Of a DNA stretch of 64,000 nt, positions 13,301 through 25,949 are shown one piece after another. The stretch is taken from the NCBI GenBank assembly GCA_002269645.1, contig NIVC01000949.1, positions 1 to 64,000 on the forward strand, in the 5' to 3' direction. The translations under genes and the position numbers were made by a program. Origin of the DNA: Macrostomum lignano. Lineage: Eukaryota. Positions within the stretch are counted from its first letter, which is position 1; every line of letters starts with the position of its first letter. The notes under the pieces were generated by a model, which worked only from the letters and a program-made list of their open reading frames with translations, searched no databases and was not told where the DNA came from.

Positions 13301-14413
13301 TTGTCAAATCTCTTCAATGCACACAAATGGTGAGTTGTTGTCTCCCAAATACTTTTTGCCCACTTTGGAGTTGATTACCTGGAAATTATCTGAGTATCAC
13401 GGAGGATTTGGTTAGAATCCAGTTTTACCTAAAATACATGTAGTACCACTCAGAGTGTAAATTCCTTATCAAATTTATTTTTAACAGTGAGTCACAGTGA
13501 GAAGAGTCGGAGTCGGCTAGCAGCACAAGTCCCGAGACCGATCCTTAAGAAACGCTGAAAAAAGGTTCTCGTAAGTGTCTGAACAAGCATCCAAGTTGTT
13601 TAATAATAAATGGAGCTCCCTGGTGAGCTCAGGGTGTATGCGACGCAGTGCTGATGAACAAAACAATGACATAGCTACGGGGGGTCCGACGAAGAATCTA
13701 TTATAGAGTTTCATAAGTGTGTAGGCATTAATCCAAACACACACGCTGGCGCTGTATAAACAGACAGAGAGGTTTATGCTAAGCGCTAAGCCTATAACTA
13801 TTATAGCGCGCGGTGAAAGTGGAAGAGATGCCAAGTTTTTAAACCGAAGAATCTGCAGGCAGAGTGAGCGAGCGGGAGAGTGAGTAAGAGAAAATAGAGA
13901 TGCTGGACTTATGGCTCATTTCCGACGTGCCACACCGCCTTTCATTTTACCGGGGGGGGGGGGGAGGCACAATAGCGAGAGAGCGCGGAATCGTCCCCAC
14001 CAAAATGAGCTTGTCACTCAAGCGGTTCAGCCAACACTTTCACTCGGCTCTGGGCTTTTAAGGACGAAAGAGGAGGCTACACGGAGTCGGACTGGGGGAG
14101 GGGGAGAGGCAGAGGGAGACAGACAGACACACGGCGAGCTTACAAGCGACTGCAGCCCGTTAGACAGTTGGGTCGGGCGGCCCGGTTCTATCTGAAGTAT
14201 AAGAGAAGAGAAGAATGCACGACCCCCCCCCCTGCAGCCCCAGTTTTACTGTGGAATAGATAAGAGAGGCCTAAGCTCTGCCAGAATAAAAGAGTAGTTT
14301 CGGGATAGTTGAGGACCTGTCCTAATAGGTCTAAGCCAAAAGCCGCTATAAATGTACCTGTGCAGATCCAGCTGATTAAAAAGGACGTCGAAGAAGCGTT
14401 GAAGAAATTCAGC

Positions 14414-15586
14414 ATGCAGGCAGCAGCAACAACAGCGGCGGCGGATGCACTGCTGATGCTACTCTTTGTGCTGCTAGCAACACGTTCAGCTGGAGTGCAG
14501 CTGCCGCTGAATCAAGCTGACGAAGCTCAAGCAGTTGTGAGGTACGAGAAAGGCGACTGCATCTACGAGACCATCGCCTGTCTGTACGACGACAGCTGCG
14601 GGCCGCTGCTCCGCACGGTGTACGCCTACTGTTACGAGACTGACGGCTATCTCCGAGATCGGCCGGACGGGTCCAGGCTGCAATGCGACTCCTCCTGCTC
14701 GGTGCTCCTGTCGCTGTTATTCAACACTACTGGCGGAGCCCGCCTGACTCAGTGCAACTACAGCGGCAACGAGTTCTGGACTCAGATTGTCATACACAAG
14801 CGGCGAGCCTGCGCCGGCCTGCTGGAGAAAACCGACGCCTTGCTGCGACGCGAGCTGGATGGAGAAATCCGAACTGCTTGCTGGCTGGCTGGGCTGCTGT
14901 GCGCCAAGGACTTCGCCTGCCGGTCGACTCTCACAGCCGTGCTGGACCTGCCGTGCTACGACGGACCCTGCAGCCAGGACTGCGCCGCTCGGCTCAGCAA
15001 CTTTGCTAAAGACTTTGGCCACATTTTCCACACATTCCTGAGCTGCTTGTGCGGCCCGGACCTGGCAGCCGCCTGTCCTCAACCGGTGCCTGGTGATTAC
15101 CTTGGCAACCGAAGCGCCGCACTCGACCAAGTTGCATTTGTATCGCCGCTGGACGGTCTGATGACTCAGCTGGGCAGGGGCGCCATCCGCGAGCACATGC
15201 GAGACATTGTCTGGCTGCTGAAGGTGTTCGAGCATCCGTTCTACTGTCGCAGCATGAAGACAATCATCAGCGAAGCAACCTGCCTGCCGCCGGTGAGCAG
15301 ACAGCCTACAGTCGATGAGCCGCTTTGCACCATTGAGCCGGTGTACGAACTGCCCGAAACGACAACTGTTGCTAACCAGCTCACCACCGATGCCAGTTCT
15401 CAGCAAGCTGTCCCTAGCTCAGATCCAACGACAACTGTTGAGCAACCTTACACTGACAAACCGAAGAGTGCCTCTGTGGACTCAGCGACTCCAGTTGCCA
15501 GCGCCTGCGGCAGATTCCGCACAGACTGGGAAACTGCCAATCTAATCACAGTCAGCGTTTTGATATTTTTGACAACGAAGTTTTAG
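14414..15586 (+). CDS. GAS1/GFRalpha-like cysteine-rich surface protein, probably GPI-anchored; single coding exon, 390 aa
   Basis: ATG at 14414 is in frame with ORF 14309-15586. The protein has a signal peptide (LLMLLFVLLATRSAG), two Cys modules with the C-x6-C-x5-C...C-x3-C...C spacing of GDNF-receptor/GAS1 domains, a Thr/Ser/Pro-rich stalk and a hydrophobic C-terminal tail (LITVSVLIFL). Confidence 0.75.
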   Translation: MQAAATTAAADALLMLLFVLLATRSAGVQLPLNQADEAQAVVRYEKGDCIYETIACLYDDSCGPLLRTVYAYCYETDGYLRDRPDGSRLQCDSSCSVLLSLLFNTTGGARLTQCNYSGNEFWTQIVIHKRRACAGLLEKTDALLRRELDGEIRTACWLAGLLCAKDFACRSTLTAVLDLPCYDGPCSQDCAARLSNFAKDFGHIFHTFLSCLCGPDLAAACPQPVPGDYLGNRSAALDQVAFVSPLDGLMTQLGRGAIREHMRDIVWLLKVFEHPFYCRSMKTIISEATCLPPVSRQPTVDEPLCTIEPVYELPETTTVANQLTTDASSQQAVPSSDPTTTVEQPYTDKPKSASVDSATPVASACGRFRTDWETANLITVSVLIFLTTKF

Positions 15587-15810
15587 AAAAAATTGCACTT
15601 CGCGTTTGACATTTAAATATAACACTATTTTTACTATCAATGCTACTTGAAGTACTTTGCCGAGCATTTTGAAATGTCTGACTCTCGCGCCAAATAACCC
15701 ATGCGCAAACACATTGATTTAATTGGGGCTTGTGTGCATGATAATTATCCATGAGGGTTGCCGTGCGATTCACAGCCATCAGGGCTGACCACCTACGAAC
15801 AGAGTGTACA

Positions 15811-15975
15811 CTCACTCACTCACTCACTCACTCACTCACTCACTCACTCACTCACTCACTCACTCACTCACTCACTCACTCACTCACTCACTCACTCACT
15901 CACTCACTCACTCACTCACTCACTCACTCACTCACTCACTCACTCACTCACTCACTCACTCACTCACTCACTCAT
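15811..15975. repeat. (CACT)n microsatellite
   Basis: Seen directly. Confidence 0.98.
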
Positions 15976-16265
15976 GAGAGTGAATAAAAGGGTAATAAAA
16001 GCATTGTTTGCAATCCTATTTGCAAATGTACACACGACCGAGTGTACAGACTGTCTGACACCTACTACCCCTTGTTTCTAAAAATAGCCTTCCAGCTAAC
16101 CAGCCACCCCCCAAACCCCCTCTTCCACGCTGGAGATTTCAAGCCAGGAGGGCGACATAGCTTGATAAATGCACCCAAATCTTGAATTAGGAACGTCTCA
16201 GCCAACTCAACTTCGCTCCAAAACAGCAACAAAAGCAAAACGAAAGCAAAGAGAATATAGATACG

Positions 16266-16907
16266 ATGGGCATCGGCTCGAGCAGCGAAGCCCGAAGCCG
16301 CGTCATCATGATTGGCCTCGACTCGGCTGGCAAGACCACTCTACTGTACAAGCTGAAAAGTGGCGAAGTCAGCACCTCGATTCCCACTATCGGGTTCAAC
16401 GTTGAGACACTGAGCCTCAGTCGGAGCACCCAGCTAGTCAGCTGGGATGTTGGCGGACGCTGTTCGCTGAGACCTCTGTGGCGGCACTACTTCAGAGACG
16501 CCCAAGGCCTGATATTTGTAGTTGACAGCTCCGATAGAGATCGGATGCACGAAGCGGCAGACGAGTTGGCTCGACTACTCGAACACGACGAGCTCGCTGG
16601 CTGCCCGCTGCTGGTGCTGGCCAACAAGAAGGACCTGCCGAGTGCCATGCCGCTGGCTGAGCTGACGGAGAGGCTGCGCGTGCCCTGTCTGCGTCTCAAC
16701 CGGCCATTCCGGATGTTCGCCATCAGTGCAAGTAACTTTGATGGCGTTGCGGGAGCGTTCGACTGGCTGGCCAGAGAGGTGAAACGCCGCCTTCCAGGCT
16801 CCAAGGATGAAGTTCAAGAAGCATTGGGCAGCCATGGCAACGGCAAAATTCTACAGCTGACCGAGAGTCTGCTGCCGAAAGGGCTGCAGAAATTGTTGTT
16901 CTCCTAG
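16266..16907 (+). CDS. Arf/Arl-family small GTPase, intronless, 213 aa
   Basis: N-terminal MG, P-loop [44 protein letters not shown] and a G5 SAS. It has a C-terminal extension of about 35-40 aa. Confidence 0.93.
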   Translation: MGIGSSSEARSRVIMIGLDSAGKTTLLYKLKSGEVSTSIPTIGFNVETLSLSRSTQLVSWDVGGRCSLRPLWRHYFRDAQGLIFVVDSSDRDRMHEAADELARLLEHDELAGCPLLVLANKKDLPSAMPLAELTERLRVPCLRLNRPFRMFAISASNFDGVAGAFDWLAREVKRRLPGSKDEVQEALGSHGNGKILQLTESLLPKGLQKLLFS

Positions 16908-17099
16908 AAGACTTTACTTTCTTTTTGCTCTGATTCTTAAAAACTTTTAAAAGTTTTGAAGGTATACACAATTTAGAAAACTGCGCTTGTACATAAAAAA
17001 TAATCGATTTGTTTATTGTGCCACTTGCAGTAGCCTCTGTTGAAGATACTCTTTCGATGCAAAAGTCAGGGGCAGCCGTACACCCTGATTGAGCCTGTT

Positions 17100-17225
17100 C
17101 AAGGCTTACTGTGGGAATTGCTAAGATGTCAAGGCTTACTGGGGGAATTGCTGAGAGATCAAGGCTTACTGGGGGAATTGCTGAGAGATCAAGGCTTACT
17201 GGGGATTTGCTGAGATGTCAAGGCT
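17100..17225. repeat. 30-bp tandem repeat, about 4 copies (AAGGCTTACTGGGGGAATTGCTGAGAGATC)
   Basis: Seen directly. Confidence 0.85.
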
Positions 17226-17699
17226 GAGGTGGGAAGCTACATGTTGTTTATTCAGAAATTTTTATTTCTATTTTTTGAACAATGTTAAGGTGGCTTATTA
17301 AAATGAAAAAGTAATTCATTCTTTCATTTTAAAGGATTCTCAAATAATTTTCGTCTTTTGCTTATTAGCCGCCCCGAAGGGGGGCACTAGATTGCTAGTC
17401 TAATATACTAAAAATAGAATGTCTAAATCGCGCACTGAGATGTAGATGAAGACTAGGAAAAAAGAGGAACCCGCATTTAATCGATAGATAGACAATACGA
17501 GGCACAACGAATATCAATTCTCTTCACGAAGAGCCGCCAAAATTAACATAATTATGACAAAATGCATAATTTTATAAATCAATTTGAATAGGCATGAATT
17601 ATAAAATCAGCAGTGATAAAAAAATTGAGAAACGTGACAGGAGTGTGAATGACTGTGCATTCAGTCAAGCAAAAGAATAAGAAACCTGCTAAGACTGAG

Positions 17700-17930
17700 A
17701 GACCAAGATGGGGAGAGATTAAGTAGAGATTAGATAAAGATTAGATAGAGATTACACTGTAGATAGAAATTAAATAGAAGTTAAATAGAGATTGCATAGA
17801 GATTACAGATTATATAGAGCTTAGATAGAGATCGGATAGAGATTAGATAGGGGTCGGATAGAGATTAGATGGAGATTAGATAGAGATTAGATGGGGATTA
17901 GGTATGGATTAGATAAAGATTAGATCGAGA
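17700..17930. repeat. Degenerate GAGATTAGATA-type low-complexity repeat
   Basis: Recurrent AGATTAGATAG motifs. Confidence 0.7.
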
Positions 17931-18229
17931 TTATTAGTTATTGTATTATTAGAGATCATATTGGCAATTAGATTTGATTGGCATAAGGATAGTTAAGCCT
18001 ATAAGTGTCTAATGTACTTTTGCTGTTTTCCTTTTGTACTTTTGTTTGTTATTCCAACATCTCCGACTCCCATGGTGACTGTTTTGGAATGTTAAATAAG
18101 AAAATTTATGCGCGAAATCAATCTGGAATTCTAATTTACCTGATTGGGAAAAATAAAAATGCCACAAATATGCAAAACATGGTCGTCTAGACGAGCAGGA
18201 TGTGTTTATTTCAAGAAAGATTTTGGTAG

Positions 18230-18620
18230 TGAGTCAGGCAATGAGTCTGGTAATGAGTATAGTAATGAGTTTATTAATGAGTTTGGTAATGAATTTGGTA
18301 ATGAGTTTAGTAATGAGTATAGTAATGAGTATATTAATGAGTTTGGCAATGAGTATAGTAATGAGTTTGGCAATGAGTATAGTAATGAGTATATTAATGA
18401 GTCTGGTAATGAGTTTGGTAATGAGTTTGGTAATGCGTTCGGTAATGAGTTTGGTGATGAGTATAGTAATGAGTATATTAATGAGTTTGGCAATGAGTCT
18501 AGTAATGAGTTTGGCAATGAGTCTAGTAATGAGTCTGGTAATGAGTTTGGTAATGAGTCTGGTAATGAGTATAGTAATGAGTCTGGTAATGAGTATACTA
18601 ATGAGTCTGGTAATGATAAA
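18230..18620. repeat. 12-bp minisatellite (AATGAGTTTGGT/AATGAGTATAGT)
   Basis: About 32 copies; source of the NEFG/MSLV ORFs. Confidence 0.95.
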
Positions 18621-19033
18621 ATGGTAAAATATCCTTTGGTTTCAGCTAAGGAAGGGGAAAAATTATTTCGCTCACGTGAATTGAAATTCTCCCCAGCCTA
18701 ATTCCCTGCCTGCAAATCCCTCGACGAAAAGAAAAAACAAAAAATTCCGAGAAGAAAACAGAAGCAGTTGCTGAGCAGTGGCAAAGGGCGGCTCTGCCTC
18801 CAGCGGGATTCTGAGTGAGAAGGCCCGATCCTCTGCATTGGATGGGAAGCACATTGACGAACAGCGGAGACGACGTGGGGAAGTGGGAGGAGGGGAGGGG
18901 ATTTAAGAGAACTGCCCTGCTGGAGGCGCGTTTAAAGCAGCTGGGCGGAAAATGCCAGCTTCAGTTGAATAAATTATTGGCTGAAAAAGCTGGAGAATTA
19001 AAAGTGAAGTACCGCTTCAGTTCCTTAGGTAAG

Positions 19034-19278
<245 letters not shown>

Positions 19279-19689
19279 CTCTCAGCCTCCGCACCCGCCC
19301 TCAGTTGCCATAATCCCGCTATGAAATCCCAGCTCATCTCAAGCCACAAGGCTCAGCTGACGCTGATTCCGCAGAGGGCGTGAGCTGCTCACCCAGCCTG
19401 TATTTGGCAAGCCAAGTTCATCCTGGCACAGAAATCTCACAGCTCATTCGCCATGTTAACTAAACCCTTGGAGCGATTTCCTCAGCTCCATCAGCCCGCT
19501 TGCACTTTAGCTATGGCCCTGGCAGCCACTGTCACCCGTCCATAGCTTTCACACTCAGAGATAAACCTGGTTTACGATCGTATTTTTGGCAGTTTGTTCC
19601 GGGGTTCTCAAGCTTGCCGAGCTGAATTTATTGGTTTTTCTGGAAAAGTCTCGAGCAGCCTGTTTGTTAGTCTGATTAAAGTATGGGGG

Positions 19690-19940
19690 AAAGAGGGAGA
19701 CACTGGGGAGAGAGGGAGACACTGGGGAGAGAGGGAGACACTGGGGAGAGAGGGAGACACTGGGGAGAGAGGGAGACACTGGGGAGAGTGGGAGACACTG
19801 GGGAGAGAGGGAGACACTGGGGAGAGAGGGAGACACTGGGGAGAGAGGGAGACACTGGGGAGAGAGGGAGACACTGGGGAGAGAGGGAGACACTGGGGAG
19901 AGAGGGAGACACTGGGGAGAGAGGGAGACACTGGAGAGAG
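19690..19940. repeat. 19-bp purine-rich minisatellite (GGGAGACACTGGGGAGAGA), followed by a degenerate GAGA/CAGGG repeat to ~20120
   Basis: Seen directly. Confidence 0.92.
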
Positions 19941-20308
19941 AGGGAAACAGGTTGAGATACAGGGTGAGAGAAGAGAGTCACAGGTTGAGATACAGGGTGA
20001 GAGAGGAGAGTCACAGGATGAGAGAGGAGAGTCGCAGCGTGAGATACAGGGTGAGAGAAGAGAGTCACAGGGTGAGATACAGGGTGACAGAGGGAGTCAC
20101 AGGGTGAGATACAGGGTAAGACTGAAAGAGATGCTCTCTGTGAATCCATTGGGAGCTGAAATCTCATTCCTGGATCCCAATGAGGTCAAATCAAGGTCAC
20201 ACCGCACTTCTCCGTCAACCAAAGGTAGCTTTTTAACTGTGAGAGAATTTTATATTAATGACCTAATTAACCAGGTAGCCTAGGCCTCGCAAAAGACTGC
20301 CTTGAGCC

Positions 20309-22871
<2,563 letters not shown>

Positions 22872-22929
22872 GTGCCGCTTGAGCACGGAGGAGAACCTCA
22901 GAGTTGGTTTTGCCTGACTGCTTTGGATC

Positions 22930-23560
22930 ATTAGATTGGATATATTGAGATGAGATTGGATCTATTGGGATGAGATTGGATCTATTTGGATTAGATTGGA
23001 TCTATTGAGATGAGATTGGATCTATTGGGATGAGATCAGATTTATTGGGATGAGATTAGATCTATTGGGATGAGATCAGATCTATTGGGATGAGATCAGA
23101 TCTATTGAAATTAGATTAGATCTATTGGGATGAGATTAAATCTATTGGGATGTGATTGGATCTATTGGGATGAGATTGGATCGATTGGGATGAGATCAGA
23201 TCTATTGAAATTAGATTAGATCTATTGGGATGAGATCAGATTTATTGGGATGAGATTAGATCTATTGGGATGAGATCAGATCTATTGGGATGAGATCAGA
23301 TCTATTGAAATTAGATTAGATCTATTGGGATGAGATTGGATCTATTGGGATGTGATTGGATCTATTGGGATGAGATTGGATCTTTTGGGATGAGAAGGAA
23401 TCTATTGGGATGTGATTGGATCTATTGGGATGAGATTGGATCTATTGGGATGTGATTGGATCTATTGGGATGAGATTAGATCTATTGGGATGAGATCAGA
23501 TTTATTGGGATGAGATTAGATCTATTGGGATGAGATCAGATTTATTGGGATGAGATTGGG
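22930..23560. repeat. 20-bp minisatellite (GATCTATTGGGATGAGATTA/G)
   Basis: About 31 copies. Confidence 0.96.
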
Positions 23561-23849
23561 CGTAAAAGTGGGTGTAGGTCATTTAGAGTGGGTTTAGATT
23601 ATACATTTTTATTAAATATTTTAGCTTTCACTACAAACAAATCGTTTTTGTGTTTCTGCAGTCTCGAACAATCACCTTTTTCATAAATATAAGCGTTACA
23701 CACTATTAATAATACTCTGACTAAAGTCAGTTACGATTAGTTAAAACGAGATTTGTTGTTTATTTTTAACCTAAAAAGAAAGCAAAGCATGGTTTATTAA
23801 ATATCTTAAAGATTATAAAGTGGATTATGGGATTCGGGTAAGGTTCCAT

Positions 23850-24165
23850 GAAATTCAGGTGAGATTGAATAGGGCTCAGGTGAGATTGGATAGGATTCGG
23901 GTGATATTTGATAGGATTCAGGTGAGATTGGATAGAATTCAGGTGAGATTGGATACGGCTCAGGTGAGATTTGATAGGGCTCAGCTAAGATTGGATAGGA
24001 TTCTGGTGATATTCGATAGGATTCAGGTGAGACTGGATAGGATTCAGGTGAGACTGGATAGGATTCATGTGAGATTGAATAGAATTCAGGTGAGATTGAA
24101 TAGGATTCAGGTGAGATTGGATACGGCTCAGGTGAGATTGGATAGAGCTCAGGTAAGATTAGAAA
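23850..24165. repeat. 21-bp minisatellite (GGTGAGATTGGATAGGATTCA)
   Basis: About 15 copies; source of the QVRLDRI ORF. Confidence 0.92.
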
Positions 24166-24309
24166 GACTCGAATGCGAAGATGGTTTTGGCACTTTGACT
24201 TCTTCGGGTTGCGCAGTTGCCCAGCAGCTGTCAGTCAGTGAGTTTTCTTCAACACTATGTTTTTTAAATTTTCTTTTTTTTATTGTTTTTTTTCATTTTT
24301 CTATTTTTT

Positions 24310-25395
24310 TTAAGAGTGCGGCGGTTCCTGCACCTCCTGTTTCACTGCTCTCAGACCCAAAACCGGCTCCGAAGCAGAGAAGCTGCTGCTGGGAATTTCC
24401 GTATCTTCATGCCCTGTGTCTTCGCCTTCCGCCTCATGTGCAGCCTCCCGCTCTGCCTCCGTCATCTCTTGAATAAAATCATCGAATCCGTTTTCACCCT
24501 CCGCATTGTCCAGCAGATCATCTTCAACTTCGGAGGAGTCCAGCCGAGTCTCGCGTACGAACACGAACACCTTGGTTAAAACGATTCAAAACGTAAAATT
24601 ATAGCAATAATGTTCTCACATGCTACTGGTGAAAGCGCTTTAAAATTTGGGTCAGACGTGCAACCGACAGCTCAGCCGCAGCTATTGCGCGGCGCATCTG
24701 GAGGCTGTTCAGTCGCCACGGACACCCTCAATTACCCCAGCTAATGCTGGCACCCATTTTACAGCTGGGTGAACTGAAGCAATGCAGAGTTAAGTGTCTT
24801 GCTCAAGGACACAGATTGTTCCGAGTGGGTCAAGAATCGAACCCCTAACCTTCAATGCGTAAGTCCGAAGCTCTAACCACTAGGCTGCAACCCCGTCGCT
24901 TTCTACGCTCGTAGTTGCGCTAATTAATTAATCACCTATAAATTACATGCATGGTGATTTTTCGCTACGGAAAACATGTTTCTTTCTTCTTAGTAACTGT
25001 ACTGCCTACTGTTAGTAGTTAATTCGAAAGTTCTGGCGCACCTGCACCCCAGCTGGCAGACCCTCCTGCTCCGGAGTGTTCGATGCTGTCACCTGCAGCG
25101 GTTTCAGCCCGCTGATGATGGCGTGCTCTGGCAGGCAGTTGAAGTAGAAGGCGCAGTCGCCACCGAGACCAAGGCGACGCCGCACTGTGTCGATGGCTCT
25201 GTTGAAGGCCATATGGCGGGCCAGCTGCACCGAAGCTCTGGCTGTCCAGCTGCAGATTCGGTCGGGTTGGAAGTGCTGCTCAGTGAGGGTGGGCAGTGAG
25301 TCGGGCTTCGGGATCAGGAAGTTGATCTGGACGCATTCCAGTCGGGAACGGCCCGCTGTCGGCTGCTGCAGATGTTGAAGACGGCCGAGGTGCAT
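24310..25395 (-). CDS. Uncharacterised protein with a globular N-part and acidic tail; at least 2 exons, about 204 aa
   Basis: Exon 25395-25042 (CAG|GTGCGC donor) joins exon 24570-24310 (ttttaaccaag acceptor) in phase 0, giving ...GLPAGVQ|VFVFVRETRLDSSEVEDD... . An upstream acceptor at 25436 may indicate a further 5' exon. No family recognised. Confidence 0.6.
24651..24894 (-). mobile_element. tRNA-derived SINE with a CORE-like central domain (copy 1)
   Basis: On the minus strand: tRNA-like head GGGGTTGCAGCCTAGTGGTTAGAGC (A box) ... GGTTCGATTC (B box), then TGTGTCCTTGAGCAAGACACTTAAC...TCAGTTCACCCAGCTGTAAAATGGG, which resembles the MIR CORE. Two other copies are in the window. Confidence 0.88.
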
Positions 25396-25585
25396 CGGGT
25401 TGGGCTTCTGGCGTGGCTGTGTGTGACCACGGATTCTATATACTCAGAGCATCATGTAGCTCCCATGATGCCCGTAAAAAGAAACATTTAGTCAAGTTCC
25501 AAGCTTTTTTCGCAATTTTAGTCTATGGCTTTGGTTTAGAAACTTTGCCTTTTGAAAGGAATCAACGAGGAATAAGCTACATGTA

Positions 25586-25942
25586 CACTTCTACGAGTGA
25601 GCTCAGGTGAACTCTCATCCAGTTCTATCAGTGAGCTCAGGTGAACTCTCATCCAGTTCTACCAGTCAGCTCAGGTGAACTCTCATCCAGTTCTATCAGT
25701 GAGCTCAGGTGAACTCTCATCCAGTTCTACCAGTGAGCTCAGGTGAACTCTCATCCAGTTCTACCAGTGAGCTCAGGTGAACTCTCATCCAGTTCTACCA
25801 GTGAGCTCAGGTGAACTCTCATCCAGTTCTACCAGTGAGCTCAGGTGAACTCTCATCCAGTTCTACCAGTGAGCTCAGGTGAACTCTCATCCAGTTCTAC
25901 CAGTGAGCTCATGTAAACTCTCATCCAGTTCTACCAGTGAGT
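25586..25942. repeat. 34-bp minisatellite (CAGTGAGCTCAGGTGAACTCTCATCCAGTTCTAC)
   Basis: About 10 near-identical copies. Confidence 0.96.
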
Positions 25943-25949
25943 CTGCACC

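Noticed and set aside
13517-13834. 105-aa minus-strand ORF (MASLPLSPRAIIVIG...)
   Set aside because: It has a TTG start, no recognisable domain, no convincing splice partners and mixed codon usage, so it cannot be supported without transcripts.
25586-25942. CRISPR-like appearance of the 27-61 bp regular repeats (also 38190-38570, 50090-50470, 61490-61850)
   Set aside because: The units are head-to-tail with no unique spacers, there are no cas genes, and the context is eukaryotic.
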